In this document: positions 36,952 through 49,184 of the stretch, piece by piece
Numbering within the stretch: position 1 is the first letter of the stretch
Layout: each line of letters opens with the position of its first letter
Virus record (IMG/VR): IMGVR_UViG_3300025584_000449
Coordinates: 32,001-96,000 of that record
Source: a virus
DNA: 64,000 nt
Direction: 5' to 3' (one strand)
Notes under the pieces: model-generated
Seen by the model: only the letters and a program-made list of their open reading frames with translations
What the model was told of the DNA's origin: nothing
Database searches by the model: none
Position numbers and translations under genes: made by a program

Positions 36952-39224
36952 ATATATCTACTAAATAATCGTCTTTGTCTATCTCTATGCCAAACATCTT
37001 CTTGGCTATAAGTACTGCAGTATCTATAGCTACGCCTCCACACTCATCAAAGTCTGAGAACATAGATAAATCACTGATCAAGTAATCATGCTGTTCCATT
37101 TTAAATACTGTTTTCATGAATAGATCAGCTTCGGCCTCTACCTTTGATAGCCTATCATCACCTGCGTACTCAATAGGTATCTCACCATTAGCCGCTTTAC
37201 GAATGATTGCTTCTGCTTGTTCTTTATTCATCGTTTTCTTTCTGAATTCTTTTGAGATAATTTTCTCTAGCCTTTTTAAGATAAGCTTCTTTCTCTTCAG
37301 TGCTCATTGCTTCCCATGTTACTTTAAATTTTCTATTATCCCATAGCCCTTTAAGAGCTACTCTCAACTTACTCATAATAATCACTCCTCCATATATCAG
37401 TAGGTGATGGATATTCCTTATTATCTGGGTCACACCAATCACAGAAATATTGAGTCATTGAGTCTTCATAGGTATCTTCATCACAATTGTCTAGTTCTCT
37501 GCCCCAGACCCATCCAGCTCCACCACATTTCTCACATTTCTCACTCATCTTGAACTAATAGTTCGTTGAGCTTTTCCCAACTCACGCAGCTAGAACAATC
37601 ACAATTAAAAGTATGATCATTGGATGCAAGAGTCAGCTTTGATGCTGTATCTATTATTGCATCATATTTGTCTAGTATGCTCTCAACCTCGTTACGCATC
37701 TCAGCTATAAGGGCTGCGTTCTCGTTCCAGTTACCGTCATCTATTTCAATGCCGGGGTGCAGTTGGTATAATGTACAGGCAATGATCTCCTCTGCTCGTT
37801 CACCGTTCATGCCTTGTTGGTTGTCATGACGTTGACCTCTATCAATGGTACCAACATATCGTGCATTCATAAATGAATCATCATCTGTGCACACAAAGAA
37901 CCATGGAGCTTTAGTCGCATTCTTTAGTAATGCTCTTAACTTCTTATACTTATTCATCAGGTTTGTCCTTTGGTACATTATAAAATTCTAGAGATGATAG
38001 AGCACATCCAAACTCTACCTGTCCTGATGAGGGGAACACACGTAATAGTCCACTTCTAGCTAAGCAGTCAATGCTCCATCCTGATGGAGGGATGGCAGCA
38101 GGAACTGTACCATATTTATTAAGCCAGTCTTTGCCATAGCCTCCAATTCCATCAACATGTAACACATCAGATCCTCCTGAGTATTCTCCGAGAATAGCAT
38201 TGTCACTGGCTAGTAATATCACAGACATACAGCGGTAACCACTATCATGTAGACTAGATTTACTTCCTAGTCCTGGTAGTATGAGAAAGCTATCACATCT
38301 AGGATTGTCATTCCAACCCGGAGGATCTATAGCTTTAGCGGCTAATATTATCTCTTTTTTAGTCATTTTGTTTAAATCGTATTTTTTCTTCTTATTCACC
38401 ATGTTCCTCACATCTAATACAAATATATCCTGAGAATTTAGCTCCACCGCAGTCTTCACACGATGTTATGGGGTTTCCATGAACATATAATGTATGAAGT
38501 GCGCTCTTATCCCACTCAGGAGTTCCTTCTTCTAGAAATTCTAGAGGTGGCTTGGGAATTAATCTCTTGAGAGCATCGGTGACTAATCGTCTAGCATTAC
38601 CAATGGTTGATGCTTTCTCTATAGATCTTAAGGTCATTATAGCCAGCTCTAACTTCTCTTCAGGTGATAAGTCGCTCATTCTTTCTCCTTTTCTTGCTCT
38701 TTCATCATCTTAGCCAATCTGCGCATAGTATCTTTAAGGGAAGAGACTTCCTTTTCTAAAGAAGAGATCTTAGTTTGATTCTCTTTTAGAGCGGAGCTTA
38801 CACTCATAACTATAGCGTATATTAGCGTGGATGTTAATGTAGTGCTTTGTTTGTTCTTCTCTGAGTCTAGCTGTCTGATTAAGCTGATCAGATCGCTATC
38901 TGAGCGATCTAGTGATTTATCAACGAGTTGTTGAATAAAATCTGCGCCTGTGTCTAAATCCTGGATTAGTGTGTACAAAATCCCCTTTCTCCCAGGAGAT
39001 GGCTCGGAAGTACCTTTTTTCCATTCATAGTACATGGAGCTATTTTTTGACATTGGCTCCTTGTTTCGCCATCTATTTTGGTGTAGATTAATATGATCTA
39101 CTACCTCTAGTCTACCGTAAGAGTGCGTTACAGAGAGATAGTCTAAAACGTCTGGAATGGACATATCTCTGTATTTTTTGATGATACCTTTGAAGATACC
39201 ATGTGATGGAATAATGTCTATCAT
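36917..39224 (-). CDS. Hypothetical ORFs (36917..37231, 37224..37442, 37541..37978 Ead/Ea22-like, 37950..38459, 38392..38679, 38676..39224)
   Basis: Packed minus-strand ORFs; ATKAPW..NAALIAEMRN resembles Ead/Ea22. Confidence 0.65.
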
Positions 39225-40031
39225 AATAATTGTCCTTTAGTTTAAAATCAAAAGTTTGGGTTTGAATAGATTTGTGGGCCGAATCGTAGTTTTGCGCTGC
39301 AAATCTATGTAAATCGGTGCAACAAATCGTATACGCTGTAACAGCCCTGTAATACACGTGTAGAGCAATTGTAAATTGGTGTATTTACTCTGTAGTTTGG
39401 TGTATCCCCTTTGAAATATCTGAGTTATTTTAAAGGGGTGGTGTAAACAGCCTATTTCGATGTAAAATATAACTCTATATAATATATACATATATATATA
39501 TAATTACTTTGTCAATAATAAATAATAATAATACTGTAGGAGTCGGAGTGTTGTAACTATTGAAGTTAAGTGGTATTTTACTCAAATATGCCCTTTTCAT
39601 AGCTTTTCAGTGTGTGTGTACACACGTATGGAGAGAAATACGAAGATGTTAAATCTTCGTCTAGGGTCTCTCTCTATCGCGCACTTTGCAAATCGGTGTA
39701 AAGTTGTATGTGTATACCAAATATACATATACAGCTTAGGCTATTTTTATCGGCCCAATTAGATTTGTATGTGTGTGACATATATACATATACAGCATGT
39801 GCATTTTTTGGCGCGGTGTAGTATCGCTCGGAGTTGTTTAAAATCAAGGAGTTACAGCCCTTGAGGTGGTGTAGGTCTATATATGCGAGCTCTATAAGTC
39901 GTTGATTTTAAAGGAGTAAAAAAATTCGTTGATATATATAGAGTTAGAGAATTCGGCTATTTTTTGTGTCTTTTTCGAGGTCGAAAATGCACCTTTTATT
40001 TGAGCACGGCCCATGGCCGGTATCCGGCACA

Positions 40032-41749
40032 CTATTCTGTGAGATTACAGAGATCGGTTAATTCTCTCTGTAGCACTGAGTTAGGGAGTATTAATGATGA
40101 TGCCATTAGTCTTAATAGTCTCTCTGTGAAAATTTTTAGAGAATCAGTTAAATGGTCAAATCCCGCTCTTATGAAGTGTTCATGAAGGTACATTGTAACA
40201 TTGTAGTTTAATGCATAAAATGAGCATGGATTTCGCATGTCGAACATAGCCGAGATTGTCTCACCTGTGTGTGATGACTCGAACTTAATGGAACATATTC
40301 CATGTTCTAGATCTTTACATATTGTTCCTGTTAATGTCATTAATAATGTCCTGACATCTGTGTGCTGGTAGTACATGACTACTGATAATAAAATTAATAA
40401 TAATATTAAGCGTATTTCTATTGGATACGCTTAATGAGAAGTTTCTCCAAGCTTGAGCTTCCTTATGGTTGAGCTTAACGAGATTTAGCTCATCGAGTTG
40501 ATTTTCGTTAGGTCCTCCAAATAAGTAGGTTGTGTTCAGCTTGAATTCTCCTCTTCTATAGATATTCGTGAAAAACTCTTTCCAAGGCCACATAATAACA
40601 TATGGAAAAAGATGATCTTGTTCCGTATTACTTACCTGCAAATACGAACGCTCGTTCGTATAATCCTTTAAAAATCTAAATGTTAACATATAATAATAAT
40701 ACTCCTATTATAAAAAAGGGTGTTACCACCCTTTACCCCACCTGCTTATAGGAGATGGTTTGTGAATCATGATGAATGCTATGAGTTTTTTCATTTGTCC
40801 ACCTTCCAATTGAATAAATACTGTCGATACCCTGGAGTGCACTTCCATTTCATCTTATAAGGATAACGCCCATCATCCTCATAAGTACCATTATAGATAA
40901 GTTCATTGTCAGTGACTTCAAGGGCTTCATTGACAGCACGCTCAAAGAAAACCGGGTTTATTCCACAAGCTTTCAAGAACTCATTATTCACTTTGTTGTA
41001 GATAGAGGGTTTCTCATTATAATCCCAAGGGACTACCGCAAAGGTAACACAATCAGTGCTAGGGTCATAAACTGCTTGGAACGGAGGACAAATGAAGAAG
41101 GAGAGCACGAGAATACTATCCCGAGCTTTTCATGTTTTTCAACACTTACGTTTTTTTGAGTAGCCCAGGCATTGACCTTTTCCAGCCAATCACTGCTGGC
41201 TTGAGCACTAGGGCTAGCCAACATTATGGCTAATGTCAACACTATGATGAATTTGACGAACTTCATGAGTTTGCTCCTTGATTGGATGTACGCTGTGTCC
41301 GAACTCTTTGTCCGTGACTGGTTTGCTTAGACCTGTACGCATGACTATGGGATCACTGTCCTTGTAATATAATAAGGTGATTCCCATAATCTTAAGGCCT
41401 AGCTCATTGGAACAGTTGACCCAATGAGCTCGAAAGATATACTTGAAGATGTTGCCTAAAAGTTTCTTCATGAGTCATCCTCCATATCTTCTATGCGTTT
41501 GGCAAAGAGCTTAGCCTTGCCATACAATGTCTCAGCGCTTTCCCGTGGGTCAAGTCTGCCCGGATCCATACCAATAAAGATACGCTCAGTGCGCTCTTTG
41601 ATGTTGTTGAGACGCTTGGTTTTGCAAGTTTTGCAAAGGGAGTCTCCAAGCTGGCGAACTGGGCTCTCACATTTAACACAAAGGTCAATAGCCATTTCTA
41701 CCTCCAAAGTTAACGTTGTTGATGTTCCATAGTTCTTATACCTTGACAT
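40032..41749 (-). CDS. Hypothetical ORFs (40032..40376, 40315..40689, 40791..41108, 41214..41471, 41468..41749)
   Basis: Co-oriented ORFs up to the strand switch at ~41750. Confidence 0.6.
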
Positions 41750-41776
41750 TGAGTTAAAATATAACTATTATAGATT

Positions 41777-43744
41777 ATGAATAATCACGAAATATATTTA
41801 GCCACAGTAACAAATGTTGATACAACATATGATACTGTTGTGCATGTACGATTGGATCATCAAGAGCATACTGAGCACCCTGTCAAGATACAGGTGCCAT
41901 CACCTATGCCCACTACTGATGATGGGGCAGTGTTCATGGGCATACCTCGTGTAGGACAACGAGTTATAGTTATGGACCTACATGGATTAGGTGATCAGTA
42001 TATTGCATTGAGTTATCTTAACTATGGATCAGACTATGGACAAGATGGTGGGGACCCTACTACGTTAGTTAAGCGTAGTGAGGGTGATATTTATTTTAGT
42101 ACTGGTGGATATTTAAAACCATCGTTCTTAATGAGAGCGAATGGTAATATTGTGCTACATGCTGATACTTGGAGTGAGATATCATTAGATAGTGCAACCA
42201 AACGAGTTGAACTCGTAGGTCGCAATCTCATGCTGAAAACTCCAGGTGTTACTGATTATAGAGAGTATTTGGAGATGCATCCTGATACTCATGAAAATTA
42301 TACAACAAATCATCAATATGTGAGTAGAACTAAAGAACTTAGCTCTACAATCGCTGATGATATGCAAAGATTAGAAGAAGATTCACACCGCGTTGCAGCG
42401 GCAGTACCTGGATTAGATCTATCTAACGAGATATATAATGATAAGGTAATCCAGCGTACTGGTTATTTAGTGGCTAATGGTGAGCGTACTGGCCACGTCT
42501 ATGAGCTAAGAACTCAACAAAGTCGTGCTGGAGATAAGAAAGACACCTTTGTTGAGCGGAAAATAGGGTTACAATCAGCTCATACTGGAGAGACCGCGAG
42601 TATTTTAGGTGATGGTGGTATAAAATACCCCTCAGGCGCTCTGTACGAGCTCAGAGTGAAAGATAAGCTTGGAACTAGTGGAACTAGTCCCCTCACGTAC
42701 TCCGAACGCTTAGGTAGACTAGATGATGATATTATTGATGGAACTACAGTTGAAAGCGTAAAAGGTGAGCTCTATAGCAAGAGACTGTTGTATGATGGAG
42801 ATTTCGACGTTGACAAAGGTCGTGGGTGGTCAAAATCCAGTGAAGAGGCTGCAAAACAAGTATGGGCCGAGAGTTATGGGCTATTAGAGGACAAATCGCT
42901 GTATCGTACACATATGGACTGTGTTACAGACGAAGAACACGTAAATTTGTCAGAAAAAGTGCTATGTTTTCCTGACAACACTGAAATATACAACAGATCC
43001 TTCCTTTGTGCCAAAGGTGAGGATAATGTTGTCATAAATAACAGTATTTACTGTTTCAATGAGATGAACGGTACTGTTACATCAAATACACTGCTTTATG
43101 AGCGTGGAGCCAGTGAGTGGGAGTTATATGAGGGCACAAACATAGAAACAGGCCATTCTTGGGAGTTTAGCCACAATTGGAACGACGAAGATGAGCAAGA
43201 TACTGTATATGAGAGCCATTTGCCTTATACAGAGGGTGTTTTATACAAGAGAGCTCTTGAATCGTCCTCTCAATCCTTGATTTTAGCTGAAACTGTGCAA
43301 AATGAGCAATATCAGCTGCATTTGACCGCTCCATTAGAGGATGAGACCATAGATCAGAGCTTACTGCTTACTAAAGAGTCAGTTAAGCTCTCAGATGGTA
43401 AGAATAGCCACTATTTACAATTCACAGAGGATGGCATTAAGCTATCTGATGGAACAAATGACAACTACATTGAGCTAAATAGCAATGGAATCACCATTTA
43501 TAACAATTCAACAGATGTAACAAATATTATGACATTTGGGTCTGAAGGTGTAAAGATTAATGATCATTTCTTAGCAACACACGAATTCGTGGATTTCTTC
43601 AACACATACAAGAGTAGCTTAGGATTAGGTAATACTGGTGGTCCAGTGCCCCTCCACCCTTCAAGCATGACCACATTTGTAACAGAATATAGTGATTCAG
43701 GCACTTCAAGTACTTATAAAACAGATAATTCACCTACAGGTTAA
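41777..43744 (+). CDS. Baseplate central spike-like protein (gp5/gpV/VgrG type)
   Basis: N-terminal OB-fold-like segment (LATVTNVD..GIPRVGQRVIV); C-terminal beta-helix-like repeats (IKLSDG..IELNSNGITI). Confidence 0.6.
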   Translation: MNNHEIYLATVTNVDTTYDTVVHVRLDHQEHTEHPVKIQVPSPMPTTDDGAVFMGIPRVGQRVIVMDLHGLGDQYIALSYLNYGSDYGQDGGDPTTLVKRSEGDIYFSTGGYLKPSFLMRANGNIVLHADTWSEISLDSATKRVELVGRNLMLKTPGVTDYREYLEMHPDTHENYTTNHQYVSRTKELSSTIADDMQRLEEDSHRVAAAVPGLDLSNEIYNDKVIQRTGYLVANGERTGHVYELRTQQSRAGDKKDTFVERKIGLQSAHTGETASILGDGGIKYPSGALYELRVKDKLGTSGTSPLTYSERLGRLDDDIIDGTTVESVKGELYSKRLLYDGDFDVDKGRGWSKSSEEAAKQVWAESYGLLEDKSLYRTHMDCVTDEEHVNLSEKVLCFPDNTEIYNRSFLCAKGEDNVVINNSIYCFNEMNGTVTSNTLLYERGASEWELYEGTNIETGHSWEFSHNWNDEDEQDTVYESHLPYTEGVLYKRALESSSQSLILAETVQNEQYQLHLTAPLEDETIDQSLLLTKESVKLSDGKNSHYLQFTEDGIKLSDGTNDNYIELNSNGITIYNNSTDVTNIMTFGSEGVKINDHFLATHEFVDFFNTYKSSLGLGNTGGPVPLHPSSMTTFVTEYSDSGTSSTYKTDNSPTG

Positions 43745-43754
43745 AGGATAAAGT

Positions 43755-44234
43755 ATGGCAGGGCTAGACTCAGGAGTATTAGCAACAGATATAATGGAAA
43801 GAGTTGTAGAAGAGATAATAGTGGGGACAGTGCTTGCTACAGGCACTGATTTGCGTGATATGTTTGATAATCCTAAGGGCAGCGCAGCGGAAAAAGAAGA
43901 ATCTAAAGAGACAGTAAGAGCTATAGTAAGAAATTTGAAAGCGGAATATGCTGTACTAGTTGGTATTATATCTGATGAAGTTGTTAAACATATTAAGGAA
44001 AACTTGCAGATTAACCTAGACTCTATGACAGGGGCTAGCGTTACTGCGTTTAACATGGATGATGTTTTACCCGGAGGAGCTACAGTAGGTGTTACTACTG
44101 GAGGTAAAGCAATTCAAAGCGGCTTTACTATTTTTAGCATAGGACAGGAAACCTCTGCTATGCATACAGTTGCGCCCGGTACAGTGAATGGTAACGTACC
44201 AGCTGCAGATGATACAGGAGTGTTTGACGAATAA
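43755..44234 (+). CDS. Putative baseplate-associated protein
   Basis: Operon position after the spike gene. Confidence 0.55.
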   Translation: MAGLDSGVLATDIMERVVEEIIVGTVLATGTDLRDMFDNPKGSAAEKEESKETVRAIVRNLKAEYAVLVGIISDEVVKHIKENLQINLDSMTGASVTAFNMDDVLPGGATVGVTTGGKAIQSGFTIFSIGQETSAMHTVAPGTVNGNVPAADDTGVFDE

Positions 44235-44875
44235 TGACCAGAGATCAAGTTAGAGCAAAGATACACGAGCTCCTTACTACAAATACAGAATTTGTACGTA
44301 ATTACTTTACAGGCAGTACTATACATTCTTCTTTAAGAACAGCATTGCTTGACAAGTACTTTAATGATGATAGCACTCAACCGTCATCTAACTATACGTA
44401 CATAGTGATCTATACTGAAACATTTCCTAACGGTGTGTTATCAGAGGAAATACCACATTCCGAGTTTGGTGACCACATAGATGTATTAGAGGGCGTGCTA
44501 AATGAGACGTGGGATCTTACTACACATGGAAGACCAAACACTAGCTATACTGACGAGGATTTGGGAATAGATGAGGGAATTCGAGTAGTAACGGGATACA
44601 CGGAAGAAAAAGGTGAATTCTTTGGTGATCTAGATAAGAAAGTGTTGATAGCTATAGCAGCTGCAACTGTAGCTGAAGAACAAATACAAGGAGGAGCAAT
44701 ACCAATAGGTGGTATAATCAGGTGGTATTTCTATGCTCCAGCATATAATAGTAATTGGGTACAATGTGATGGAAGTAGGATATATGATTCAGAGAGCCCT
44801 ATGCATTTAAATTATGTGCCTAACTTACCCACAAACTATGACGAACACTACTATTATATAATTCGTATAAAATAA
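44234..44875 (+). CDS. Protein with C-terminal tail-collar-like segment
   Basis: AIPIGGIIRWY..NWVQCDGS..YYYIIRIK. Confidence 0.65.
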   Translation: MTRDQVRAKIHELLTTNTEFVRNYFTGSTIHSSLRTALLDKYFNDDSTQPSSNYTYIVIYTETFPNGVLSEEIPHSEFGDHIDVLEGVLNETWDLTTHGRPNTSYTDEDLGIDEGIRVVTGYTEEKGEFFGDLDKKVLIAIAAATVAEEQIQGGAIPIGGIIRWYFYAPAYNSNWVQCDGSRIYDSESPMHLNYVPNLPTNYDEHYYYIIRIK

Positions 44876-44942
44876 GGTATAAGAATTATAATCTAATGAG
44901 TTAGATTGTTTTTATGTTAACAACCATATGGAGATTAATTAA

Positions 44943-45209
44943 ATGAGTGATGAAAAGATTGTAGATTTCCCAGGTGACGGGCATCCTGGTGGAACTATTA
45001 GTGAAGAAGATGTAGCGCGTGCACAAGAGAGCCAACAACAGGCTCAACAAGCTGCAATGATGGCACAGCAAATGAAACATGAAGAGGATCAAAAGAAAAC
45101 TATGCGTCTTAGCGTAGCTCTTCAATTAGCGCCTGTATATCCTGACATGGACATCTCTGATGTTTATGAGAAGGCTGATGCATACCTGAAGTATGCAGGG
45201 TTGCTGTAA
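44943..45209 (+). CDS. Hypothetical Gln-rich protein
   Basis: Plus-strand GGTATAAGAA at 44876 and terminator at 45240..45270. Confidence 0.75.
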   Translation: MSDEKIVDFPGDGHPGGTISEEDVARAQESQQQAQQAAMMAQQMKHEEDQKKTMRLSVALQLAPVYPDMDISDVYEKADAYLKYAGLL

Positions 45210-45352
45210 GAAATCACGGGGGTCGTGATGTTTCGGAGGAGAGAGGTCTTTAATTAGGCCTCTCTTTTTTAGCTTAAAAAGATAACTTGACAGATTATGA
45301 CATTAAGAGTATATTTAATATAGCTTAGAAGTTATGAATTAAGGAGATTCAA

Positions 45353-47347
45353 ATGAACAATCTATTCTTAGATAGGAAAGAGCTTGAAAAGAAAGCGTTT
45401 CGCTATTTAACAGAAGACCACACTAATTGGGTAAAAGAGATAATTACGGAGTTGTTAACAAACTTCCCTGAGTTTACAGACGTGGATTTAGGTGTTGAGT
45501 GGATACGTAAAGACTTCAATAAAGGAACAGCAGTAGGATTCGTCAATATACAAGGAATGGCTCAGGTCCCTGTTATAGTAGATAGCTATAATATGTATGA
45601 TCTTGATGTCATTATAGTGAATAACTCAACGTATCCGTTAACACACGATACAGTGTTAAAGTTATTTAAGAATCCGGCAGCATTTAAGACTTCCGGTAAA
45701 GGCACATCTTTAATTAAAGACCTTGATCTATTTGTACGTCCTGTTGTAGAGCCAGCCACAGCTGGTGAATCTAGCGTTAAGACTGCTAAATATGACTCTG
45801 TAATAGAGAAAATGGGTGGGTCGGTGCTAGGTAATGACTTACGAGACATTCTTTCGTCTATAGAGCCATATCTCAACGAATATATGGACAATGGACATGG
45901 CGATATCATTGAGAAGCTTAGCAGTATTGAGCCTATTGAGGAAACTGACTTTGCTAAAGACTTAATGCGTACTATGCCTATTGACAGACAGTACAAATAT
46001 GAAGATAGTAATGGTAACACTATATTAAAACAGGCTAATAGTAGGGTGAACTACACATATATGATAGAAGTTGACAGTCAAGAGGCTGATCTTAATGAGG
46101 ATATGACTGCAGAATCATTAAAAATAGCGGCCTCTTATTCTAGTCCAGACCTATATACATACTATATTGATAAAAGAGGCAAAGCTCAAAAAGCCTATAC
46201 TACTGTATTCAATAATGTAAATAAAAAGCGTGACATAAAGGTAATAGATAGAGAAACTTTCAAGACTATGAGAGTATCTTCTGGTATTAGAAATCCTAAG
46301 CGTAAAGCTGAATATTTAAAACGTAGAAATAAGTCAACTGAGAAAATTGCTAGTGTTAATGAATCTCCTAAAGTAATGAAACTAGTAAATGATCCTGGGT
46401 CTCTGTTCTTATATAAGAACGGAAGCTATTTATGCAGCGATGACACAAATTCTCTAGATATGGAGAAAGTTGCTAGCCTTGGATCACAGCAATGGACACC
46501 AGAAGGCACAATTCCTTCTATGGGCGATACAGGCTGTTGGGTATTTAGCGATAATAGTGCTTCTAAGCCGTTTGAGGTAGTAGGATTACATAAGGTTGCT
46601 GGTGTAGGCAACTTTGAGGTTGTAGGCTGGGATGGAATGAATAGACATACGTATTATCCTCTGCAAGGCATTAAGGATAATGACCTTATTGAGCATGATA
46701 AGTATAATGATTCGTCCTATGTACCAGGAAATACGAAATTCGTTAAATTGGCTACTAGAATTGAGAATAATGATCTGTCATTGATAAGAGAGCATATCAG
46801 TAATAAGGTAAGCAAGGATAGTGCCGGATTATACTCATTCCATGGAGCGGAATTTAGCAAATATAGCTCTAAAACTAGAGACTTGACCTTTGATGAGGCT
46901 ATGTGGACTGCGATACATTGTAATGTACCCAATGATCAATTAGAATCATTGGAAAGCTTAGAGAAAAGCGCTTCATTGGCGTTAGATGCTAAAGCTCCTA
47001 TGTCACTTCTTGATCTCGAGTATAAGATCCATTCGAAATATAAGGATCTGTACTCTGACATGAAAAATGACATCATGAAGGTGGCTGCTATGGGTGCGGT
47101 TCCTAGTATTGGGTCACCTAAGACCATAGATGCCGTATTAGGGCTTAGTCTACTCAATAAGAACAACATTACGAGTTACTTAGAGCTGATTCCTGCCTAT
47201 GAAGAGGTATTACAGTACTTAGCTAAGCTACTACTGGCTGTGCGTATGGGACTTAAGACGTTAGATGAGTATCAGGTAAAAGAGGCAATGTTGAACCTGA
47301 CTAAGGTGGTTGTAGGGCTAAAGAGCTTAGGTGCTGTAATGAAATAG
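45353..47347 (+). CDS. Large protein with multiple K-x-A motifs, putative virion structural/assembly protein
   Basis: EKKAF, VKTAK, LKIAA, EKIAS, EKVAS, HKVAG, VKLAT, EKSAS, MKVAA. Confidence 0.7.
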   Translation: MNNLFLDRKELEKKAFRYLTEDHTNWVKEIITELLTNFPEFTDVDLGVEWIRKDFNKGTAVGFVNIQGMAQVPVIVDSYNMYDLDVIIVNNSTYPLTHDTVLKLFKNPAAFKTSGKGTSLIKDLDLFVRPVVEPATAGESSVKTAKYDSVIEKMGGSVLGNDLRDILSSIEPYLNEYMDNGHGDIIEKLSSIEPIEETDFAKDLMRTMPIDRQYKYEDSNGNTILKQANSRVNYTYMIEVDSQEADLNEDMTAESLKIAASYSSPDLYTYYIDKRGKAQKAYTTVFNNVNKKRDIKVIDRETFKTMRVSSGIRNPKRKAEYLKRRNKSTEKIASVNESPKVMKLVNDPGSLFLYKNGSYLCSDDTNSLDMEKVASLGSQQWTPEGTIPSMGDTGCWVFSDNSASKPFEVVGLHKVAGVGNFEVVGWDGMNRHTYYPLQGIKDNDLIEHDKYNDSSYVPGNTKFVKLATRIENNDLSLIREHISNKVSKDSAGLYSFHGAEFSKYSSKTRDLTFDEAMWTAIHCNVPNDQLESLESLEKSASLALDAKAPMSLLDLEYKIHSKYKDLYSDMKNDIMKVAAMGAVPSIGSPKTIDAVLGLSLLNKNNITSYLELIPAYEEVLQYLAKLLLAVRMGLKTLDEYQVKEAMLNLTKVVVGLKSLGAVMK

Positions 47348-47530
47348 CTTACCTGGTAGCACGCCATTAAGGCAAAATAGTGAAATGGGTGTATATGCAA
47401 ATATATGCCCTTTTTTCTTGTGTACCGTACAAGGAATATAGAGGCCACAAGTGGTATAAGAACATTGGTAGTGTATAGTGTAAACAAATGGTTACACAGG
47501 AGCAACAAATACCAACATTGAGAGGTTATT

Positions 47531-47805
47531 GTGGAGCTACTAGGAGAATTCATCATGTTTGTCATAGTAGGCATGATCTCATATCGATACGGTTACGGCT
47601 CAGGCTATAGAGCCGGCCACGATAGAGGCGTAAGGGGCTTTAGAACATGAACATACAAACCGCGATTAGCATTGTGACATATTGTCACCCTAGCATATGT
47701 CTCAATAATGTACCAATTGAGACAATAATACACGCTGCTGAGCACATCCTGAACACACAACAAGGCCCAAGGCCATACATAGCGCTCACTGGCGAGCGTT
47801 ATTGA
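47531..47805 (+). CDS. Two small ORFs (47531..47650, 39 aa TM; 47647..47805, 52 aa), not in track
   Basis: Downstream of plus-strand GGTATAAGAA at 47453; ATGA overlap; terminator GAGAGGGC/GCCCTCTC. Confidence 0.6.
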
Positions 47806-48040
47806 GAGGGCATTGCCCTCTCTTTAGCCTAAAAAAATATTAAATGACCATCAAGGTTTTAGGTTCCATACACCTACCCCGCCTAAGAAGCTTACCTGAT
47901 GCTGCGCGTGCGGATAGTTATTTTTTATTTTATAAATTTTTATGTTAATCTAAATGGGCTTAACACAGAGTAGTAACTGCTTAAATAATACATGTTGACA
48001 AACATTATTTATTCGAGTATATTATAATTGGAGGTTACTA

Positions 48041-48496
48041 ATGAAAAAACATGCAGGGTCAAACATCTACTTTTCTAAAGGGAGAAAGATGGATTTAAGC
48101 AAGGCGCTTAGTCCAAGCACATCTTACCATTATTCGGCTCAAGGAAAATATACAGATCCTATTTTACATATGGATCGTAAAGAATCTAAATTTTTAAATA
48201 AAATAGACAATCAAACTACATATATAGATCCCAGTCAAACAGAAGCTTATATAAAAGCATATGATAAATCTGTTAGAAAAGGTGTAACAAACCAGTTTTC
48301 CAAATGGGAAAAGAAAAAAATAAAGAAAAAGTTCTTAGGGATAATTCCGTATACTAAGAAAAAACGAGTAGTAGTCACAGATAAAAAAGGTATTGAGAAA
48401 AGATTAAACGATCCTGAGTTTAAAAAGCAACATTTACGCGTTTTAGGATTTATGAATAAAAATAGAAAAACTGGATTTTCAGTAGGAGTTGGGTAA
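48041..48496 (+). CDS. Basic protein starting MKKHAG
   Basis: Sigma70-like promoter, GGAGG RBS. Confidence 0.8.
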   Translation: MKKHAGSNIYFSKGRKMDLSKALSPSTSYHYSAQGKYTDPILHMDRKESKFLNKIDNQTTYIDPSQTEAYIKAYDKSVRKGVTNQFSKWEKKKIKKKFLGIIPYTKKKRVVVTDKKGIEKRLNDPEFKKQHLRVLGFMNKNRKTGFSVGVG

Positions 48497-48559
48497 CACA
48501 GCATTTTAAGCTAAAGAAAAGGGAGTTTGTGGTCCTCCCTTTTTATGGTACGACGATGA

Positions 48560-48730
48560 TTAATCAGACGGCGGCATCCAACTATCAACGTTGAATTTCG
48601 GAACTGGGACACGAATAGTAGCATCAAAATTCTTGACCTGATGCTCAACCGCGTGGTCCATCTGTTGATTCTGCCATGCCCGGAACAGACCAGCAGTACA
48701 GGAAGTCAGAATGAGTGCCAATGCTAACAT
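48560..48730 (-). CDS. 56-aa putative lipoprotein/membrane protein (not in track)
   Basis: MLALALILTSCTAG...; GGAG RBS; own GGTATAAGAA. Confidence 0.6.
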   Translation of the reverse strand: MLALALILTSCTAGLFRAWQNQQMDHAVEHQVKNFDATIRVPVPKFNVDSWMPPSD

Positions 48731-48787
48731 TTCAATCTCCTTAGTTAGTGTATTATTCTTATACCAATAAAAGCTAAAAGAAGGGAG

Positions 48788-49096
48788 TTACCCCTTCTCC
48801 TCATCTTCGTACATAAGGATAAAGTCGTTGAGGGCGTTTTCTGCTTCTAGCTTAGCCATGAATTCCGACTCTGCAGTCCCTCTTGCTACGTAGACATGCT
48901 CGTATGCCGGTAGCGGTGTGTAATACACTGACCAATGCCACACGGTCTCCATGGAAAAAGAATGAAAAGTAATCCCCAAAAACTTAAAGATTTTTCTTTC
49001 TTGTATGGAGGAAACGTAACAGTTGGCAGACGATTTTTCATGAGTGCGGTTTAACTGTGATACAGTAGCCAGCACAGGGGTCCATTCAGAAGACAT
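48788..49096 (-). CDS. Hypothetical protein (single-gene cassette)
   Basis: Leader shared with 49633..49935. Confidence 0.75.
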   Translation of the reverse strand: MSSEWTPVLATVSQLNRTHEKSSANCYVSSIQERKIFKFLGITFHSFSMETVWHWSVYYTPLPAYEHVYVARGTAESEFMAKLEAENALNDFILMYEDEEKG

Positions 49097-49184
49097 GTCG
49101 TGCTCCTTATTTCAAGTTAACTCTACCTACACTATTCTTATACCTAAAAAAGAGGGACTAGCCCTCTTTGAACAAACGGAGCAC

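Noticed and set aside
37940-37955. Near-matches to GGTATAAGAA inside coding sequence (also 30835)
   Set aside because: Explained by Tyr-Lys codons (TAT AAG). The exact copy at 41733 is also coding and may be coincidental.
39112-39491. ORFs 39112..39357 and 39237..39491
   Set aside because: Low-complexity translation of the repeat-rich non-coding region, with no RBS.
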